Positions 1 to 12,689 of a stretch of DNA of 64,000 nt are shown here, piece by piece (position 1 is the first letter of the stretch; every line of letters begins with the position of its first letter). The position numbers were made by a program, and so were the translations under genes. The stretch is taken from NCBI GenBank assembly GCA_012026655.1, contig JAAILG010000775.1:1-64000 (forward strand). The letters are read 5' to 3'. This DNA is from Hydrolagus affinis (Eukaryota). The notes under the pieces were generated by a model. The model was not told where the DNA came from and ran no database searches. It worked only from the letters and a program-made list of their open reading frames with translations.

Positions 1-100
1 CCCCAGGGGCTCAGTTAACTTGGAACAGACGGGAATCCAACCTGGTTCCTTGCAGGTCAGTGTGGCTCAAGTTCACCGCAGCGGATCTTACTAACTGAGT
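1..100 (-). mobile_element. LF-SINE-like fragment (5' part)
   Basis: Reverse complement resembles the recalled LF-SINE 5' region GAGCCATACAGACCAGGAAGGTCCCAGGTTCGATCCCTGGTCTGTGCTGAGTTAGCTGA. Confidence 0.55.
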
Positions 101-594
101 CATTGTGAAAAACGGTTTGAATATCGTTACGTCCTAATACGATTGGACAAAGTATTTTTCTTCCATAATTACTGTTGCCGAACGCTTAAAATATATTTCT
201 TCCACACATAAAGCAAAACGTGTAAATACTACTGATAGGCTTTTTCCTGGCAAGGCTTCACTGCATTCAGACAGTGTGAATTCCGTTTTTCTATTCAGCA
301 TCTGTAATGTATGTAAACACATTGATGCACTACAGATGCTGTGTCTACAGTATACACATGTGTATGTTTATGGATTTGGGAGCCTGCTTCTACCAGCCAA
401 TTTAACTGTGACTTAAAGCAGGCCCTTGTAAAACCTTTTGATGAACAGTGCAATCAACCAATCCCACGAATGTAAACAGATTTTATGGCGGGGTAATGCT
501 CATTTTTTCATTAACAAAAGAAACAGAATTGGAATAAAACATGCGTTTCTTTTCTTTCTTAATTGTATTTTTTTAAAAAGCCATGGGTACGCAT

Positions 595-614
595 GCACAC
601 ACACACACACACAC
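595..614. repeat. (CA)n microsatellite
   Basis: cacacacacacacacacaca. Confidence 0.95.
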
Positions 615-1399
615 AAAAGAACAAAAACGTGGTCGGTTTATAATCTGCCTTTTATTTCACTTCTCAGAAAGAGCCAGATAATTCTCTTGTATTTGTGCCA
701 CTCACTGAGTGTACAGCTTTTATCATTGATAAAAGCAGCATTGCACCTGTCATGATCACTGTTTTTTTAAAAGCACATTACCACCAATAATAGTAACTGA
801 ATGAAAGCAAAATGAAAAAAAAACACAGAAGTGCTTGGAAGTTCTGAATATATTAAACACAGGGTCATCTTCATTTACTTTGTTTTAAAAAACAGTAATT
901 ATTTCATAACGAAATATACATTTATTTATTGATAGAATATATATATGTACATTTGAATCAAAGAAACCATTCCCATGACAGACAGAGGAATGCAGCTCAT
1001 TATTATCCTGTTACTGGATGCACAGACCCTTGTTGTTTCTGCCTGCTACTGCATATAATGACAGTAAGTCACATTTTTTATGTTTAAAGGGGATAGAGAA
1101 AGGATCTTTCAAATGAGTTGATTGATCCCACTCCTATTCTCTTCCCACAGATTAAGCAGAGTGGCGGAGGTGATTGTCAACCCTTTCCTTCCAGTCACTG
1201 TATCTTGGGTTGCCTAGGAAACTAAACCAAGCCGCAGGTAGAAAGAAACACATAAATACCGTCCCTTCGGCCACAAACACTCACAGCGGCTGAAGTGGGA
1301 CTGTCTACTTACATTTTTATAGCTAAAACAATACATTAAGATATGGTATATTCACAATATAGTACTTTAAACAATATATTGATTGTTAGAACTTCGGTT

Positions 1400-1745
1400 G
1401 TCAGTCTGTCTCGGTTGGTAGCACTTTCACCTCTGACTCAGAAAGTTGTGGGTTTAGGGCTCACATTGGGGCTTTTGAACTCATTGTCGAGGCTCTAATA
1501 TAGGAAAGAGAATCTACTGTTGTAGCGGAGTTTTACTCCCAGTGTTCTGACCATCAATACCCCTCAAACAACTAATCAATTTGTGGGACATCACTGTACA
1601 CAAATTGGCTGCCGTGTTCGCTTACAAAATATGCGGTCTCTACACTTTACAGTACTTTGCGTTTAATGTATCATCTGTTTAAGCGCTTTGAGGTGTCCTC
1701 TTGATGTGAAAGGCAGACACTAAATCAAATGGAAAGTTTATTACA
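1400..1745 (+). mobile_element. Deu-domain tRNA-derived SINE (SacSINE1/AmnSINE1-like), internally deleted
   Basis: Head ggttggtagcactttcacctctgactcagaaagttgtggg; body tttgtgggac...aaattggctgccgtgtt; tail aagcgctttgag...gtgaaaggc. Confidence 0.75.
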
Positions 1746-2254
1746 TGTTGATCTACTGTGAAGTGGAATTGCAAAATCGGCTATCCCGCTGACAAAAAAA
1801 ACATCATCTTATAGAAAACGGCGTTAATATGGTAGATTTTAAGGCACAATAACACTGGCCACCTGAGAAAATAAGTGGAAGGAACCCATTCCGATTTTTG
1901 ACATATTGACCAGAAACCATAAAGAAAGAACTTTCACTTCATAACAACAAAATGTCTCTATGTGCTTTGCAGGTAATTAATGTCAAGTATGATTACCAGC
2001 TGACTTCATAAAATGACACAGCAGCCATCTGCACCCAGTAAGATCCCGCAGGCAGCCGTAAAGTGAATGAGCAAAACTAATCTTGAGGTTTGTAAACCGG
2101 GAAACTTTATTCTCTTCTTTAAGATCCCTTCCTTTTTTCTCTCCAAACGTCACGGGATCTTTCGTACCAATCTGAACAGCCAGACAGCTCCACTTTATGC
2201 TAAACATGGTAACTTCTGACAATGCAATATCGCCGAACGGATTGATTTCAGGAT

Positions 2255-2500
2255 CCTCACACTTATTTTCAAATCCCTTCTTGACCTGGCACCTCCCTAC
2301 CTCTCCGACCTGCTTACTCCCTCGCCCAATACCTGCTGCCTCCACTCGACCGGCTCCTGCCTCCTGTATGTCCCTTGTGACCTCCATTCCGCCATCGATC
2401 ACGACGCTTTCAGCCACTGCGCCACCCCCCCACCAAAAAAAACCTCTGTAACACTATTCCTCTATTCTTCCGTCTGTCTTACCCCCTCCTTTCCCATCTT
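2255..2500 (+). mobile_element. L2-clade LINE 3' ORF2 fragment
   Basis: ttttcaaatcccttcttgacctggcacctccctacctctccgacctgc (FKSL..LAPPYLSDLL) and gctttcagccactgcgcc; same family as the 25095, 49616 and 59962 copies. Confidence 0.8.
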
Positions 2501-3148
2501 CAGATCAACACCTGATGTGAGGCTCAAACCTGTAATCCTCTGATTCAGGGGGCGGCAAGATACCCAACTGAGTCAGGATGACACACATGAAAAAACTGCT
2601 CCCAGCTGAGTTGCAATATAATATCTTCCCCCACATCCTTTTATTCCCATTCTGACTACTGGAGCTTATCCATGTTTGCTCATGTCCTATTTGTCCTTGA
2701 ATAGTTGCTTCTAACTTAATTTTTTCTCCCAGTCCTTTCATTACCTTACATCCATTATATGTATATAGACAGATATCAGGGCGACTATTGTATTGTCGCC
2801 AGTAAATGTACGTATATCATATTCTCCACTGGTGCATAAATTCATGGATCGCGACGATGTGAGTTTGTAATGGGATTTGCAAATTTCTTCTCATCCACCG
2901 ATCACTGGATAGTAATTAAAAACACAACACCTGAACGCATTATCCTTTCCCCAGTATTTGGGCCCATCTACAACACCCAAGTGCTACCTCTGGTAATCCA
3001 GCACAGGCCAGGAACTGAACATGCCACCGAAGGATTATTAAGTCTCAATGCTATCACGAGGCTATTGCAGGCATCTCAGCTTTGCCTTTTGGAAAGAGAA
3101 TGAAAGGGCAAATCTCAGACTTCCTCACCTAATGGTCACCCCAAAGAA

Positions 3149-3508
3149 GGAGAAATCCTACCTCCAGGGACAAGATTTACCCTTATTTTCTTAACAATAT
3201 TTTCCCATTTTCAAAATTTTCAGAGTCCAAAATTTGGCGCACTGTTGAATCCTGTCTTGCCTTTACATTATAACAATAAGAAACCTTGTATTTGATTTGG
3301 CACCTCACCAAATCTTCGAGACATCTCAAAGCGCTTTGCAGAATATACTGTAAAGTGAAACGACTGTATATTTTGTGGGCAAAATTGTGCGCAGCCACGT
3401 TTGTGAAAAGACTTCCAGAAAAGCGGCTTCAAAATTAAGAAAATGTCCAAGAATTTGACAAATTCTGGGCGCTCTGAAACACCACAGAACAACAGAATAA
3501 AAATTCTC
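3149..3508. mobile_element. Palindromic MITE-like element, split by a SINE
   Basis: Left arm ggagaaatcctacctccagggacaagatttac; right part cagaaaagcggcttcaaaattaag...aaattctgggcgctctgaaa matches the 58777-58845 segment. Confidence 0.5.
3268..3400 (-). mobile_element. Young tRNA-SINE, 3' half
   Basis: Reverse complement matches the 3' half of the 13172-13497 and 37917-38199 copies. Confidence 0.9.
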
Positions 3509-3796
3509 TGTTGGTTAAAAAAAAGATTTGAAACCAGTTGCCAGTGGTTTTATTAAGTGCAATTATCATTGCTGTATAACCACACCACAATAACTGAAAA
3601 TACAATTGTGATCAGTGGCATCATTAGGGGTTTGATTACTGATTCAGAATGACAACTAGCCAGAGCAACTCAGATTCTGGGGTAGAAGGCGGGAAGGAGC
3701 GAGCGAGGGAGGGGGAGAGTTTCTCCTGAAGTTAAATTACTTTACAGAGAACCTTTCATTGAGTCACATTAAACAAACATTACACGCAATTTTTAA

Positions 3797-3822
3797 AATA
3801 TATATACATATATATATATATA
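3797..3822. repeat. (TA)n microsatellite
   Basis: atatatatacatatatatatata. Confidence 0.9.
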
Positions 3823-5569
3823 GGAAAATGGAACCACCTTAGGGGATATTATTTGTTGGCAGTGGGGTGTAATGTGCAGCAATTTTGGTGAAAATAAGGA
3901 ATTTAATAAGGAAACTGAATCAGACTGGTGAGATTTCTGCTGCGATGCAATCTACTTTTGGAGCAGTCTACTTTCAGTTATCGTAAAAAGTCCCCACTTA
4001 GTTTCCATACTAAGGAAACACAACAGAAATCACCGCATAATAAGAGCCCAGCATAAATTTTTTTGGGGAGTGGGGTGGGGGGTGGTTTCTTTGGACAGCC
4101 AGGTGTCAGACCACCTTGCTTAAGATTCCCCTTAAGATTAGACTTGTACATAGCTTACTTTACCAAAGTAAACTTCCTGTTTTTGTGTTATGTTAAATGC
4201 ATGTGTTATTATTACTGCTATAACAAAGATAGCTCTTCCGAACAATGTAAAATCATATTGATCCCTCATTCACTGAGCTCAATCACTGGGCTTGTAGTTC
4301 TATTCCTACATTATGTTTTAAGCAGCAGGGTGAATGAATTACTAATCAAATTCATGAGTTACAAGGGTTGACATCATCTGTTTATTTTTCACAGACTGAA
4401 ACTCCTGCTATTATATATTATTCTACCTTGATTACAATACTCCAAAGCTTTTGCGGCAAAGGCTGGCTCACATTACTCACCAGAGTACAGGACAAAACTG
4501 CTTCCACTGTACTTGATACTTTGACTGTAATAATGATACAGCAATTTACACTAAGGACTTAAATGATCCCAAAGTGATTTTTCTCTAGCCTTGCTGTGTT
4601 TAGCTGCCAGTAAAGTTTAGAAAGAGTGAATATTACCTACTACAGTATATACAATTCAGAATAACTAGAGATACACATCATATTGGCAGTTCTAACCTAG
4701 AATCAGACTGTCACACAGAACTGTCTGTTCATTTTCTAACACACATTGAGTTCACCTCTTCAACGCTGTCTTTTAATCATTAACTCTTACACTCATTCTA
4801 AAATGCTGAGGGCTGTCACCAAAACATGCCCTGTTTTGTAAAACTGTACATCTGTGAAGGTCTCACATTGTCGGCATTTTAAATCAATTGCGCTGAATAA
4901 GGACGTGTTTGGAAAGCGGGGAAAGAAAAAAATATATATGCTCTGGCACCACCCACCCATAATAGGAAAAACACTGTGTGGTTTTCCTCAACAGTTTACG
5001 AGGGTTGGCAACTGTCTATAAGGAGAGAGGCACAACAGTTGCACAACCAAGTGAAAATGATCAGCTGCTGTACCTTTGGCCTGTTTTAAGATGTTTTTTT
5101 TTCTTCTGATAGTCACACACTCGCACACGGCAAGTACCCCCAGTTGGCATTGGACCTTTCTCTGTTACGTGTGGCAGGACGGTTCGCGGGCATATGCCAA
5201 TCTGGAGTGCAGATCCTGCCAGCAAAAGTAATTGAACTGCTGCACGACAAAAAACACTCATTCCTTTTCCTTTTGTCCCCACCCTTGAGTTATGTGATTG
5301 GGCTAAAATGTGCTGACTCTCACCGGGCAGATATCTTCACAGGTATCAACTAGCAGCTAATATCTCTGATGGCCTCTACCGGAAAGTGCATCTGTGCATT
5401 GAACGAGCTCAGACCCTATTGTCCAAATAGTTTGTCAATACTCAGCGTGCAACCCACCCACAAAACATACGCAAAGTATCATTTATTGATTGGAATGTTT
5501 AAAAGGTAGTTTATAATAATTATGGCAATGTGATGCAGTGCTTTTCAAGCTGGGAGGAGGCCTCAAACT

Positions 5570-5705
5570 GCTGCAGAGGATATACTGTAAAGTGCAACGT
5601 CTGTGTTTTTTGCATGCAAACATTCTCAGGAAGCTTTGAGATGTCTCACAGACATGGCGATAAGGTGCTTACATCAACTACAAGCATTATTATGGTTATT
5701 ATTAT
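5570..5705 (+). mobile_element. SINE 3' fragment(s), possibly rearranged
   Basis: gctttgagatgtctc...ataaggtgcttacatcaactacaagcattattat tail, preceded by a short opposite-strand piece (atatactgtaaagtg). Confidence 0.65.
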
Positions 5706-5805
5706 TTAGGGGTATGGAGCAGTAGTGGGGAGTTTAGAATTCAAAGATGTACCTTGATCTAATAAGCTGGCAGTACAGTTTCAATGGGATGAATTAATTA
5801 TTCCT
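5705..5805 (+). mobile_element. CR1 LINE 3' end fragment
   Basis: ggggtatggagcagtagtggggag...ttgatctaataagctggcagtacag...gggatgaat resembles a CR1 3' terminus. Confidence 0.5.
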
Positions 5806-7119
5806 ATATTACTCTCTTGTAGACTGTACTCCAAGACTGTGCTACTCTCTTGTAAACTGTACTCTTCTTGATAGTGATTGAATCAGTGACACCCAAAGCA
5901 AGAAGGAAGGAAAAACAGCCATCAAATGTAAGTCTTAGCCCCCAACGAAATACGAGAACTAAAATACCATGTTAGCAGGGTGATCTTATCAAATCTCTCT
6001 CTGAAACCATCAGATTAAAGCAGTATAGAAATGCAGAACCAGATGTCTCTCATTCAATTCACTTCTATGATGCCCATCCTGGCAAAGGAGGAAGCTATGG
6101 CACCTTATCAGCAATGACATTTTTAATCTATATTTTCTGATCTTAAAAATTCCCTTCCTGTTAACTATTTATTGGGTCTGTGGCAAGGTTGTGTTTTTCT
6201 TTCAGTAAATTTGTGTGTGTTCTGTTTTTTCTGCAAGAAGCAGATTGAGTTGAGTTGCCCTTGGCTTGCCTTCACCATGATATGCAGACATCTGCTGCTG
6301 TGTATAAGTATCAAGTGTCTAGGGAATTAACACATTTCCTTGAGCTTGCAATGCCAATTCATCTGAACTTTCTTTTGTGTGTTCTATCCAGTTGTCCGCC
6401 CGGCACGAAAGGAGCCATGCAAATGTAATTTTGTTGTTGTTGTTGTTGATTCCGTATTTTATTGCAGTGACATGAGCAAGTGGCTGTACTTCGGGAAACT
6501 GACTTTAAATTAATTTTAATATGCCGTCAATGAGCAAGTTAATTCACAATCTTTAATTCACAATCTTAATTTGTGATAATTTGTGATATCGCTCTCTGTA
6601 GATGAATTAGTAGTAATTCTAGTAGTAATTAGTAGTAATTCTACCAATTTCTGATCACCGTTAATAAATCCAGTAAGTTTGAAAAACTTAACTTTGGTAA
6701 GGGCCATATATAGAATTTCATATCGCAAACATTATACTATGTTCACTGTAGACTTCACATTAATCCACACATGGCTTCAAGTTAAAGACACTTAATAGCC
6801 AAAATTCCACCTCGTATTAGCCTGCGAGAACATTTGTCCTTAAAATGTCACAAGAGCGGAGAAAAATTCTTAGATCCACTTATAATTTTGAAAAACAATC
6901 GCCAAATCAAGATTCATTCTTTGAAGAATTCTTTTCACAATTCTACATGATACTTAATTTTTATTACAAAATAGTCTTGAGGTCTAAGAAGACACGGTGA
7001 AATTTCAGGCCTTTCCTACAGCACTTGACTGAGCAGACCAGAAGATCATCAATTCGAATCCCAGCTCATTGATTGGAGGCGGGTAACCGATTGGAACCAC
7101 AATGGATGGGTAGCCAATA

Positions 7120-7300
7120 ACAGCAACAGTAACTTGCACTTATATAGCGCCCTTCACACAGGGTAGCATTCCTGAGTGCTTGACAGTGGCAGAGCACAAC
7201 ACTGAGCTGGTGGGAGGTGATCGTAGACATGATCAAATAGGAAGGTCTTCAGGCGCAACCTGAAGATGGGGGAAGTCAGGGGCAAGGCGGGACCATAGAG
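7120..7300 (-). mobile_element. L2 LINE 3' end fragment
   Basis: aacttgcacttatatagcgccc tail, then gaaggtcttcaggcgcaacctgaagatggggg. Confidence 0.7.
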
Positions 7301-7946
7301 AAAGAGTTTGTTTCTCCCCTTTTCTAGTCTAATTAATGATCATAAAGAACTTTTGGACTCTTAACCTATACTTAAACTAATCTATAGGCCTCAGTCTCTG
7401 CACATGTATTTTAATCTTATTTTTGCTATTTTCTTGCTTCCAAGTCAGAAAACATGATTTAATACAAGATATCTTCGCTGAATACTGAGTATCCGTGTCA
7501 TCAACTCAGCTGTTACATATGCCCAGCTGTGTGCTTAAGCCATGAGTGATATCATTTGGGGATTGTTGTTCCTGGAAACACTAGTGTGCAGGCTCTTTCA
7601 GGCCTGCGAGAATTTACAACTGATCAAATCTTGTTGCAGTATTGTCCAAAAAGTCTTACTATACATACAAAACAACATCATTTCTAAATTAAACTAAATT
7701 TGCGACATATGAGAGTGAGACTTATCCAACGCTGGTTTAGTCTTTAATGCTGGAGACTGGGGGTTAGTTTTTTTTCACAGTAGATTCTGTATACATTAAG
7801 GGCTTACTTTTTAACCCCAGACAATGTAATGGCGCAACACACTATCATTATTCTCAGTTCCACAAAGATACATGGATTGCACTGGAGAAGTGCAATCTTT
7901 CCTGTCAAATTCAGAGCAGGGAAGGGGTGGGAGGGGGTGGGGGGGA

Positions 7947-8159
7947 GGAGAAATTCCACCTGGGTCCAGATTTACTCTATGTAGCATTTTAGGGATTCAA
8001 GAATTTGGTAAATTCTCAGCGCAGTATTAACTTCACAGGATTTTTGTGTCAGTTCATTTTATGAGCTACAGAAACCCGACTTCGAAGGTAAGACTGATTT
8101 TCCAAATTCTGGATGCTTACGAGTGCTGCTTAAACCGAAACCCGAAAGGAATTTCTTCC
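7947..8159. mobile_element. Palindromic MITE-like element (~210 bp)
   Basis: Ends ggagaaattcc...ggaatttcttcc are inverted; subterminal agaatttgg / ccaaattct are inverted; left arm aligns to the reverse complement of 58820-58887. Confidence 0.65.
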
Positions 8160-8174
8160 AAGTTATCTTTAATT

Positions 8175-8335
8175 TCATGGCTGTTTGAGGGACATTGCCG
8201 TGAGCAATTGTGCTGCCGCGTTTGCTCACAAATACAAATAGTCGCGCCATTTTGACAGTAAATCCTGTGAAGCGCTTTGAGACATCTTCGGACCTGATAT
8301 GGCACAACGCTGCTATAATGCAAGAATTATTCTTA
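8175..8335 (+). mobile_element. SINE 3' half
   Basis: catggctgtttgagggacattg...gtgaagcgctttgagacatc...tgcaagaattatt. Confidence 0.85.
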
Positions 8336-9124
8336 TTCACTAAAGGGAAATTAATCAAACTTTCACAACTCAAAATTTCTTATTTTTAACTCAACTTGAA
8401 ATTGAAATTTATGAAAATGTGTTATCTCAAAGACGTGATAAGGCGCTATATCAAATGCAAAGTTCATTATTAGTAGCAATACTAATAGTCGGAATATGAC
8501 TGTAATACTGTTGCCCACAGACCTGTATTGGAAGTGAATGTCATCAAATGGCAGTCAGATTAAGATTGCAGTTAGTTGTATTTAACTGGGATATCTCTTC
8601 TCCATCCGAACCCCACAGTGTCACTGACAAAGCTGATACATCGATGGCTGAAGGCTGTCAAAAAGTTGAAGGATTAATGGCATAATGTCAGTGTACACGA
8701 ACTCTGAACAACCCCAGCGATAAGTTAATTCACTCAAGATTTTAAAGATGATCAACAAATCTATCTGCAAGGAAGTGAAACCTTATTCATATGAAGACAG
8801 AGAACTATCAGAGTGTTAACACATTCCAAAAGTCTATCGCGAACGACAGTTAAGGCAACAATATGCTGAAAGCCTGATGTGTTTTATGTGTAAATAATTC
8901 TGCATTTGGCTGTTCTTGGCCGAGTTAAACTGCAGGTACTCAACACACGGCAGCATTTACTGGAAAGCAGCTGTTGATCCTTACTTTACCACCAGTCAAT
9001 CAATTGTGACATTCAAGGTTTGGAAGCGTTTAGTTATCATCCAGATCACTTCCAGCCTTCTCCACACTCTCCCCCTACTCCACCCCCCCACCCCCGCCCA
9101 TCACACCAGTGGTGCTTTGTAATG

Positions 9125-9200
9125 TACAGAAAGAAACTAGTAAATGAGAAGAATTTCTGAGGATCTTGCTGTTGGTGCAGTGTGCTTGGTCACTTCCTCC
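9125..9200 (+). repeat. Local direct repeat, copy 1 (partner 9905-9985)
   Basis: tacagaaag...aatttctgaggatcttgct...ggtgcagtgtg..cttggtcacttcctcc is present twice, 780 bp apart. Confidence 0.9.
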
Positions 9201-9726
9201 TCCCCAGTTTCTAGCTAAAGTACATGAAGTACTGAAAAAAAAGTGCCTATTCTAGACAGTCCGACACCAATGAAGGGGTGGCAGCAATAAGATTAGCCTC
9301 GACAGCGGATCAAATGAGCTCGCACTGTTTCATTCTAAAATTGGTGATGTACAGGCTTCAGCCAATGGCAATGACACAGCCCATCTAGATAACGGGTAAT
9401 TCATCGAGACAAGTCATGCAGTCCACAAACATGTCTTGTCACGCTTAATAGGCACACAAGACCAGGAATGGCCTTTTGGCTCCTTTGTGCTGCAAATCCA
9501 GACGGGTAACCTTGCCATTTGTGGCATAGTTATAAACACTGTTCATAACTGCTGATTAATGACTGAATAATTCAGACCTTCCAGCTCAGTGGATAACCAA
9601 TACAACAGAAGACTTATTTTCCTTCACCAACTTTATTATTATTATTTTCCAATGCATATTGAAACCAATTGAAGCCCAGTCCTGAGATAGAGACCACATA
9701 ACAGTGGTATTTACTAACTCACATAA

Positions 9727-9845
9727 TAATAATAATCCTTGGTTTTCATATACTGTAGTACCTTATCACGTCCTTGAGACATTTCAAAGTGTTTCACGTT
9801 TGAAATGTGAATCAATTGTATATATTTTGTGGGCGAAAATATACA
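9727..9845 (-). mobile_element. Young SINE 3' half
   Basis: aataataataatccttg...atattttgtgggcgaaa. Confidence 0.85.
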
Positions 9846-9904
9846 GAACCACAACAGAAAAATTACATTTGTTTAACAGGTATAAAGAAAACATGCAGAA
9901 AACA

Positions 9905-9985
9905 TACAGAAAGACCTGGTAAATGTGAGCAATTTCTGAGGATCTTGCTAGCTGTCGGTGCAGTGTGTCCTTGGTCACTTCCTCC
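9905..9985 (+). repeat. Local direct repeat, copy 2
   Basis: Aligns to 9125-9200 with small indels. Confidence 0.9.
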
Positions 9986-10217
9986 AAATTCATGTCACTT
10001 TCACCGTGCGATTCCAGAAATCTGAAAGAGGTGTTCCCGTTTCTGCATTGTCCCCAGCAGAGTTTAAATAACCCCTGGGGTTAAAACAGCCTTCTGCTCT
10101 CACACGACTTCCATACATGCGCATTTTCCCAGCGGGGTTTATTGTTAGAAGTTTTTAGAAAGGCCCAATATTCCTGAGGCATTCACTTGTAACACGATTA
10201 TCCTAAAATGTAAGATG

Positions 10218-10298
10218 GTGCAGGATTTTGGAAACCTTTTCGATTCAGTCTTAATTTGGAAGCTGGACAGAACTTGAGAATTTTCTCAAACTCTGCAG
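10218..10298. mobile_element. Internal fragment of the palindromic MITE-like family
   Basis: Reverse complement (tgcagagtttgagaaaattctcaagttct..ccagcttccaaattaagactgaatcgaa) aligns to 58735-58830. Confidence 0.55.
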
Positions 10299-11199
10299 TT
10301 TCATTCACTTTGTGGCTGTTTGGGGGATATTGCTGTTTGCAAATTAGCTGCTCATTTGCCTTGAAAACGCAATCATTATAACAACAATTTGCATGTATAT
10401 AGTGCCCCTCATGTTCCTTACTTAATAACCAACAGAGGAAATAGCAACACCAGGTCCAGGGTGAAGCTTTTTTGCAGGAAAAACTTTGGGGATCTAAATT
10501 CCTATTAAATGGACAAATTCCCCCTCAATATAGGAATACTGTCCTTTCCTCATTGCCGCTATTCATTGCCTCAGGCATACATGAAACTATCTGAAACCAG
10601 ATTTTCTCCCATTCAAGGCTTTGGACTAGAGCAGATTTCAGGACTTGAATCACATTAGCTTTCAATAGACATTTTGTAGACAATATGTATGTGGTTAACA
10701 GGGTGCAAATAGCTTTATGTTAATGGAGGAAGTAGCACTCGCCATTGAATCTGTTAAATGTCCTTTCAAGAGATGCCAATTTTTTTAAAAAATAATAATC
10801 CTAGCATTTGATGTAGAATCAACAATGATCAAGTACCTCGAGTGCTTCGCAGGAAATTGCTCAGAGGCAAAGCTTGGAAAATTTTCTCTTTCATTTTTTA
10901 GTCACCACTCTGCTAAAGGTTTGGAGCATCACATTGTGACAAGACTGTATCTCATGCTCAAGGATATTACAGCAACCAGCTACTAATATAATCACTTTCC
11001 CACTACAACCACTGATCCATGTTTGCCCATGAAATGATAATACTGTAATAAGAATAATAAGAAGAATCCTTGCATTTGATATGGCGCCTTACAGGGACTG
11101 AATCAACAAGGTTTAATCAATTTCAATACTCTACCATGTGGTGCCTGCCTGAGGTTATTTTTTGAAAGCAAATGTTCCGAATGTTTGCCTAGATTTTCT

Positions 11200-11420
11200 T
11201 AAATAATAATAATCCACTACACTGAGAGAAACTTCCTTTTCGAATAGTACGGTGGGATATTTGACATCCACCTGAACAGCATCAGTATATTGAGGGATTT
11301 CTGTTAACCTTGATCACTTCTGTGCTTTTAACGCAGCATGGAATCAACATTTATTCGCTCTCTGTAGAACTGAAGTAAATAACAATACATTGAGCTCTTA
11401 CTGAGTGTACTCGGAGCTTA
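11200..11420 (-). mobile_element. Old Deu-domain SINE fragment
   Basis: tcgaatagtacggtgggatatttgacatccacctgaacag is the reverse complement of the Deu core CTCAGGTGGACGTAAAAGATCCCATGGCACTATTTCGAA. Confidence 0.7.
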
Positions 11421-11686
11421 ACTAATAATAGGTGGTGCTTACTGCCACAAGGGAACCCAACCGATCAAGAGATACATCTGCTAAATTAGTTGGAGGAAGC
11501 TGGCCCCAGTGCATTTGCTAAATTAAAGCAGGTTTAGACTGATCACAATTTGCGAGTTAACCATTTAAATTTTTGAACATATCACATTACCACCTAAGAA
11601 CAACAACAACTTTGCACTTATATAGCACCCATTCAGGCTGGGTAGCGGTTAGAACTAATCCTGTAACATAGAAAGATAAACCTTTT

Positions 11687-11944
11687 ATAATCATAATCCT
11701 TGCGTTTGATGTAGCGCATTTCACATCTTCTAGACATCTCAAAGCGCTTCATCTCAAAGCGCTTCACAGAATATTTTGTAAAGTGAATTGACTGTATCTT
11801 TGTGGGTGAAATGCGGCATCCAATTGCGCACAGCAGTGTCCCACGAACAGTCATGGGTTGAAATAACCAATTTATTATTGCTTTTTTTCAAGAGATTATT
11901 ATCAGGCGTGTGGAGTAAGGACATAGGTTTTGCCCTGTCTGGAA
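11687..11944 (-). mobile_element. Young tRNA-SINE, 5'-truncated, with an internal 15-bp tandem duplication
   Basis: High similarity to 13172-13497; catctcaaagcgctt is duplicated. Confidence 0.92.
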
Positions 11945-11954
11945 ACTACTGCTT

Positions 11955-12250
11955 CTAAGAGCAGTAGGAGGCCATTCGGCCTATCCTGTTTTTGCCACTG
12001 TTTGCCTGATTTGTAGGTCGCTTTTTTGTTATTTCAATATTGCTTCACTTTTCCCCAAATCTGCCAATGTGTTTTTTTTACAGCTCAGGTGTTTTTCCAG
12101 TGCTCTTTTGAATGATTCTATTGATACAGCCTTTTATGGAAATGAACGCCACAATCGTGTGTAGGAAAATCTGTACTGCACTGAATCATCTGGGACTGAC
12201 TCGCAACTCCTATACCCCTTGTTTCGTCAAATATTTTGTTTGCTTCTTTC
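11955..12250 (-). mobile_element. CR1 LINE 3' fragment
   Basis: gcagtaggaggccattcggcc is a typical reverse-complemented CR1 3' end. Confidence 0.65.
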
Positions 12251-12269
12251 CTTGGGGTGGTGACTTATC

Positions 12270-12610
12270 TTAAGATAGAATTCCACAGATGCCAGCAGCT
12301 TCTCAATACATCAGTCGGGTGGCTTGTCAGATGGTAGGTCACAAAGTGAGTGTTAGCAGTCACCATTTGTGATAGAGCTGGCATTAATTCTATCCTCACC
12401 CAATGTCCCCCTCCCACCCCCCCACACACACACACACCTTCCAACGGGAAACACTGGATACTGATTGTTACTGTACCTCCCTGGAATCATGGTTGATTTG
12501 TTTTTACACACTTTCCCTGGTCTATCAGAGCTCCGGCCAGTTGTAACCTGAGATAAGTTAATTCAATGCAGACTGAGAAATCAAACCTGCAATCCTGTGA
12601 TCTATGGTGT
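12270..12610 (-). mobile_element. LF-SINE-like element
   Basis: ctatcctcacccaatgtcc...ccttccaacgggaaacactggata...ctgagataagttaattcaatgcagactgagaaatcaaacctg. Confidence 0.7.
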
Positions 12611-12689
12611 GCCTTTTACCTGATAAATACAGGTTCCCAACATGTGTTTGGTTATACAGTGGGGATATAAGTGTTATGTGCTGGCCTCC

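Noticed and set aside
5811-5866. ~20-bp direct repeat (actctcttgtagactgtactc twice)
   Set aside because: A simple local slippage duplication beside a CR1 end, with no sign of function.
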